This document shows, piece by piece, positions 61,780 through 64,000 of a stretch of 64,000 nucleotides of DNA. The DNA is from Oculina patagonica (Eukaryota): contig NC_135771.1 in NCBI RefSeq assembly GCF_052425735.1, positions 6,634,001-6,698,000 on the forward strand, in the 5' to 3' direction. A program made the position numbers and the translations under genes. Positions within the stretch are counted from its first letter, which is position 1, and every line of letters starts with the position of its first letter. Under the pieces are notes generated by a model, which was not told the DNA's origin, made no database searches, and saw nothing but the letters and a program-made list of their open reading frames with translations.

Positions 61780-63525
61780 CACCCCCACAGAAGGGATTTG
61801 TCCTATGACCCCCCTCTACCGGAAATTCCAAGTTAGCTACACACATTGCTTTAAATTTTTGGGTCTTTAAGACCCCCCCTCCCTGGAATTTCCAGTCCCT
61901 TCTGTGGGGGGAGTACGGATATTTTCTGGAACCACACGTTTCATGCATGAGGTCATTCTCTTTTAATACCAGTTCTCTTTTTTGCGATAGGTTCAACAAA
62001 CAGTAGTGGGGGTGTGAACGACCCTAAGTGTGGAGGGACTTACGGAGTTCCTAGTGGAAAAGGTTTATCCTTCTTCTGCCGTCCCCCTTTGTATGGAAGA
62101 TATGTGACAATCAGAAGTTTACTTGTTTGGTTTGACGCACTTACAATCTGTGAAGTTGAGGTGTATTCTGAAAGAAGAGGTAATTTAATTGACATAAATC
62201 ACTTTAATGTCGCAGTCCCTAAGAATTTATAAGCTAATCCTGCTTGAATTTGATTTTGCAAATGTTGTCTTTTTTGCGGTTGCAGGAAAACTTTTTATTT
62301 ATAAACCGTCCGTCTTTGGGCTTGAGTAGGTGTATGTGAAATTATCTTGGATGTTCCTGAAAAGAGCTTTTAACCTTAAAGTACATTAGGGTGCATTACT
62401 CTAGGGTGCTTTTATAGCCGTGAGAAAACATCTTACAATTAATGCTAATTAGTGAATTAATGTAAACAAAAGGAAAGGATGAGATTAGTGTCTAGTGGTA
62501 TCTATTTGAGTAGTAACTTTTTCTCGGTGGAAAAAGTCAAGTCCTTGTATTAGTTACTACGAGAAAAATGATTATCTATTTGTAACTACTATCGAACAAC
62601 TGGAGCTGGCTAACTGTTTCAAATATTTAATTTTTTTTGGCCTGGAAGCAAAAAAGCACAGGCTTTGTTTCGACAACGCTGACTTGATACTGCAAACTTT
62701 TCTCACTTCTTTTGTTTAAAATGTCTCGTGAGTCTCAGTATACTGAATTGCTTTTGTAAAATCTTTTTTAAACAGATCTCAGTTGATTTTTACTTAAATA
62801 TGATCTCTGGAGTGTGTTTTGCCAAGAACCGGCAAATCTCAGTTTTAGCCGGGCAGTTGTGTCTGAGTCTTTCAGTCTGTTGTGATTTATAATCGCCGTT
62901 TACATATTCCACAAGATTGAGCAGGGTTATTGTTAAATATACGTTCCCATCTGATTTGCTATCTATCGCCCGATTATGTAGGCAAGCACACAAAAAACGA
63001 ATGAAGTCACCTTATTCAATTCAATTTTTGATCAAGATAAATCAATTTTCAATTAGCCATGCATGGTGTTCTGTGATCGCTTTGATTATTGTTTTATTAT
63101 TTTGATGATTATTTTTATACCTTTCATAGTAGTATCATACATGTATTTTGTTTTGGGTTTAACCATTTGTAATCAGACTTAAATAAATTATATATTTATT
63201 TTATGTATCTGTTTCAGCATGCCAAATGCAGGCCATTGGTGTATCCAGCAGTGATGCATTTCCAGATAACAGTTTCTCAGCCTCATCATCAAGTGGTGGT
63301 AATGATGCTTCCAAAGGACGACTGAATGGTGTTGGTGCATGGTCACCTTACAGTAATAATGATGCTAGTGACTTCCTTCAGATCAACCTGAAATATGAGT
63401 ACTTTATTTGTGCTGTAGTTACTCAAGGAAAGTCAAGTGCTGATCACTGGACTACAAAGTACAAGTTACTTTTATCACTTAACAATGTTGACTGGGTCAC
63501 ATACCAAGAAAACGGCATTGATAAG
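47735..63525 (+). CDS. Receptor paralog R4 (3' end beyond window): SP-F5/8C-FTL-FTL-F5/8C...
   Basis: Exons 47735-47804, 51240-51553, 51886-52033, 53502-53771, 56948-57121, 58508-58753, 61991-62179, 63218-63525; GT-AG, no stops seen, collinear with R3. Confidence 0.87.
50991..51170. mobile_element. Short MITE with CCC..GGG termini
   Basis: cccagggggtactccc..gggtacccccc.gcccccggg. Confidence 0.5.
52218..52446. mobile_element. R4-specific MITE with 5-bp TSD
   Basis: TIR cagtgctggaa; TSD GTCAA; empty site in R3 near 26487. Confidence 0.8.
52602..52873. mobile_element. CACTA/EnSpm-like MITE
   Basis: CACTA..TAGTG termini, 3-bp TSD AAT; empty site in R3 near 26643. Confidence 0.82.
53997..55514. 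mobile_element. piggyBac-like MITE containing a LINE fragment
   Basis: TTAA-CCCATTGACTCCT..AGGAGTCAATGGG-TTAA. Confidence 0.75.
54180..55095 (+). mobile_element. 5'-truncated L2/CR1-group LINE (ORF2 C-terminus plus 3' UTR)
   Basis: ORF 54169-54927 with KTKVLLI..LLGLDIDSKLSFNEHV..YYNALIQPIINYGSIVW..LQKRAARVI; ends in AATAAA plus a TTA tail. Confidence 0.85.
55683..56696 (+). mobile_element. Second 5'-truncated, degenerate L2/CR1-group LINE
   Basis: FKYLGIYLDQCLTWNKHV..IYKQTVLPLLDYGCVVW..LQNQAVRII with stops; AATAAA-(TTA)n tail; empty site in R3 near 27880. Confidence 0.85.
57495..58043. mobile_element. Palindromic Kolobok-like MITE
   Basis: TTAA TSD, AGG..CCT termini, arms of more than 200 bp that are near-perfect inverted repeats. 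Confidence 0.82.
58795..60580. mobile_element. Mutator (MULE)-like non-autonomous element
   Basis: TIR gggcgtgtttaaaacacgaaatg, 9-bp TSD CTTTCATGG, (gaaatggc)n repeats, tandemly duplicated left end. Confidence 0.82.
59199..60058. mobile_element. Nested MITE rich in aatcaat repeats
   Basis: TIR cccgacgatt.caatcaatga; flanking direct repeat GTATCT. Confidence 0.75.
60706..61564. mobile_element. Tc1/mariner-like MITE (contains N gap 60870-60998)
   Basis: TA-CAGTCAACGCGCTTCACGCATGAACG..CGTTCATGCGTGAAGCGCATTGACTG-TA. Confidence 0.82.
61755..61938. mobile_element. Short MITE
   Basis: TIR gtgtggttccagaaaatatcc / ggatattttctggaaccacac. Confidence 0.8.
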
Positions 63526-63923
63526 GTAGGTTTGATTCGATACTGTAGTGTGTTTGTAACTGGTTTGCCTGTGTAGGCCCAGCCCTAAGGCATTGTGAGT
63601 ATTGCAAGAAAGGAAGATGGCGGCTTGAAAACGTGTGTGTGTTTTCTTGTCGAGAATCCCCCTGCATCGTGGACCTGTCTGGTGTTCAGACATTACAGAT
63701 ACAGAAAAAAAATAACAAAATAATTTTTCTACTTCTTTGCAGTAGTAGTTACTATAATTTCAAATCATTTTCATGAGTTTGATTGTCTCACGCCACCTTA
63801 CACTGCACTGTAAGTGTCCATGTTCGTTCTAAGTCCTCTCCGAGTGTGGCAAATGATGACAATAGCAGTGGTGGCAGTGACCATTACAACAATGACTAGG
63901 ACTGCTGTACCAATAGTATCATT

Positions 63924-63927
<4 letters not shown>

Positions 63928-63991
<64 letters not shown>
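63928..63991. repeat. (CAT)n microsatellite
   Basis: Direct inspection. Confidence 0.9.
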
Positions 63992-64000
63992 TATTACAAC

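Noticed and set aside
23016-63525. R3 and R4 as uncollapsed haplotypes of one gene
   Set aside because: Some introns are unrelated or strongly diverged and many insertions are copy-specific, favouring true paralogs; read depth would settle it.

Overview
AT-rich, intron-containing animal DNA; the repeat landscape suggests an anthozoan/stony coral (inference). The window holds a + strand tandem array of four paralogous type-I membrane receptor genes. Full architecture: signal peptide - F5/8-type-C (discoidin) - F-type lectin (FTL) x2 - F5/8C - FN3(n) - Ig - Ig - TM - Tyr-motif tail with no catalytic domain. R1 (5'-truncated by the window, 641-11005) has one FN3 and a one-unit tail ending in YEEI. 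R2 (12370-19548, 525 aa) has cleanly lost the lectin/FN3 block and most tail tyrosines, but carries an ITIM-consensus SLYMEI. R3 (23016-42506, about 1288 aa) has three intact FN3 exons, a fourth broken by a transposon, and a two-unit tail with two ITAM-like YxxL-x8-YxxV motifs. R4 (47735 to beyond the window) is visible up to its second F5/8C. Differences between paralogs cluster in the glycan-binding loops of the second FTL domain. Together this looks like a diversifying, possibly paired (activating vs inhibitory/decoy) glycan-recognition immune or allorecognition receptor cluster; that function is inferred, not shown. Introns carry many MITEs, SINEs, LINE fragments, hairpin elements and TACATGTA excision-type footprints. 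Exons were called by eye from GT-AG sites, phase and paralog alignment; there are three N gaps.
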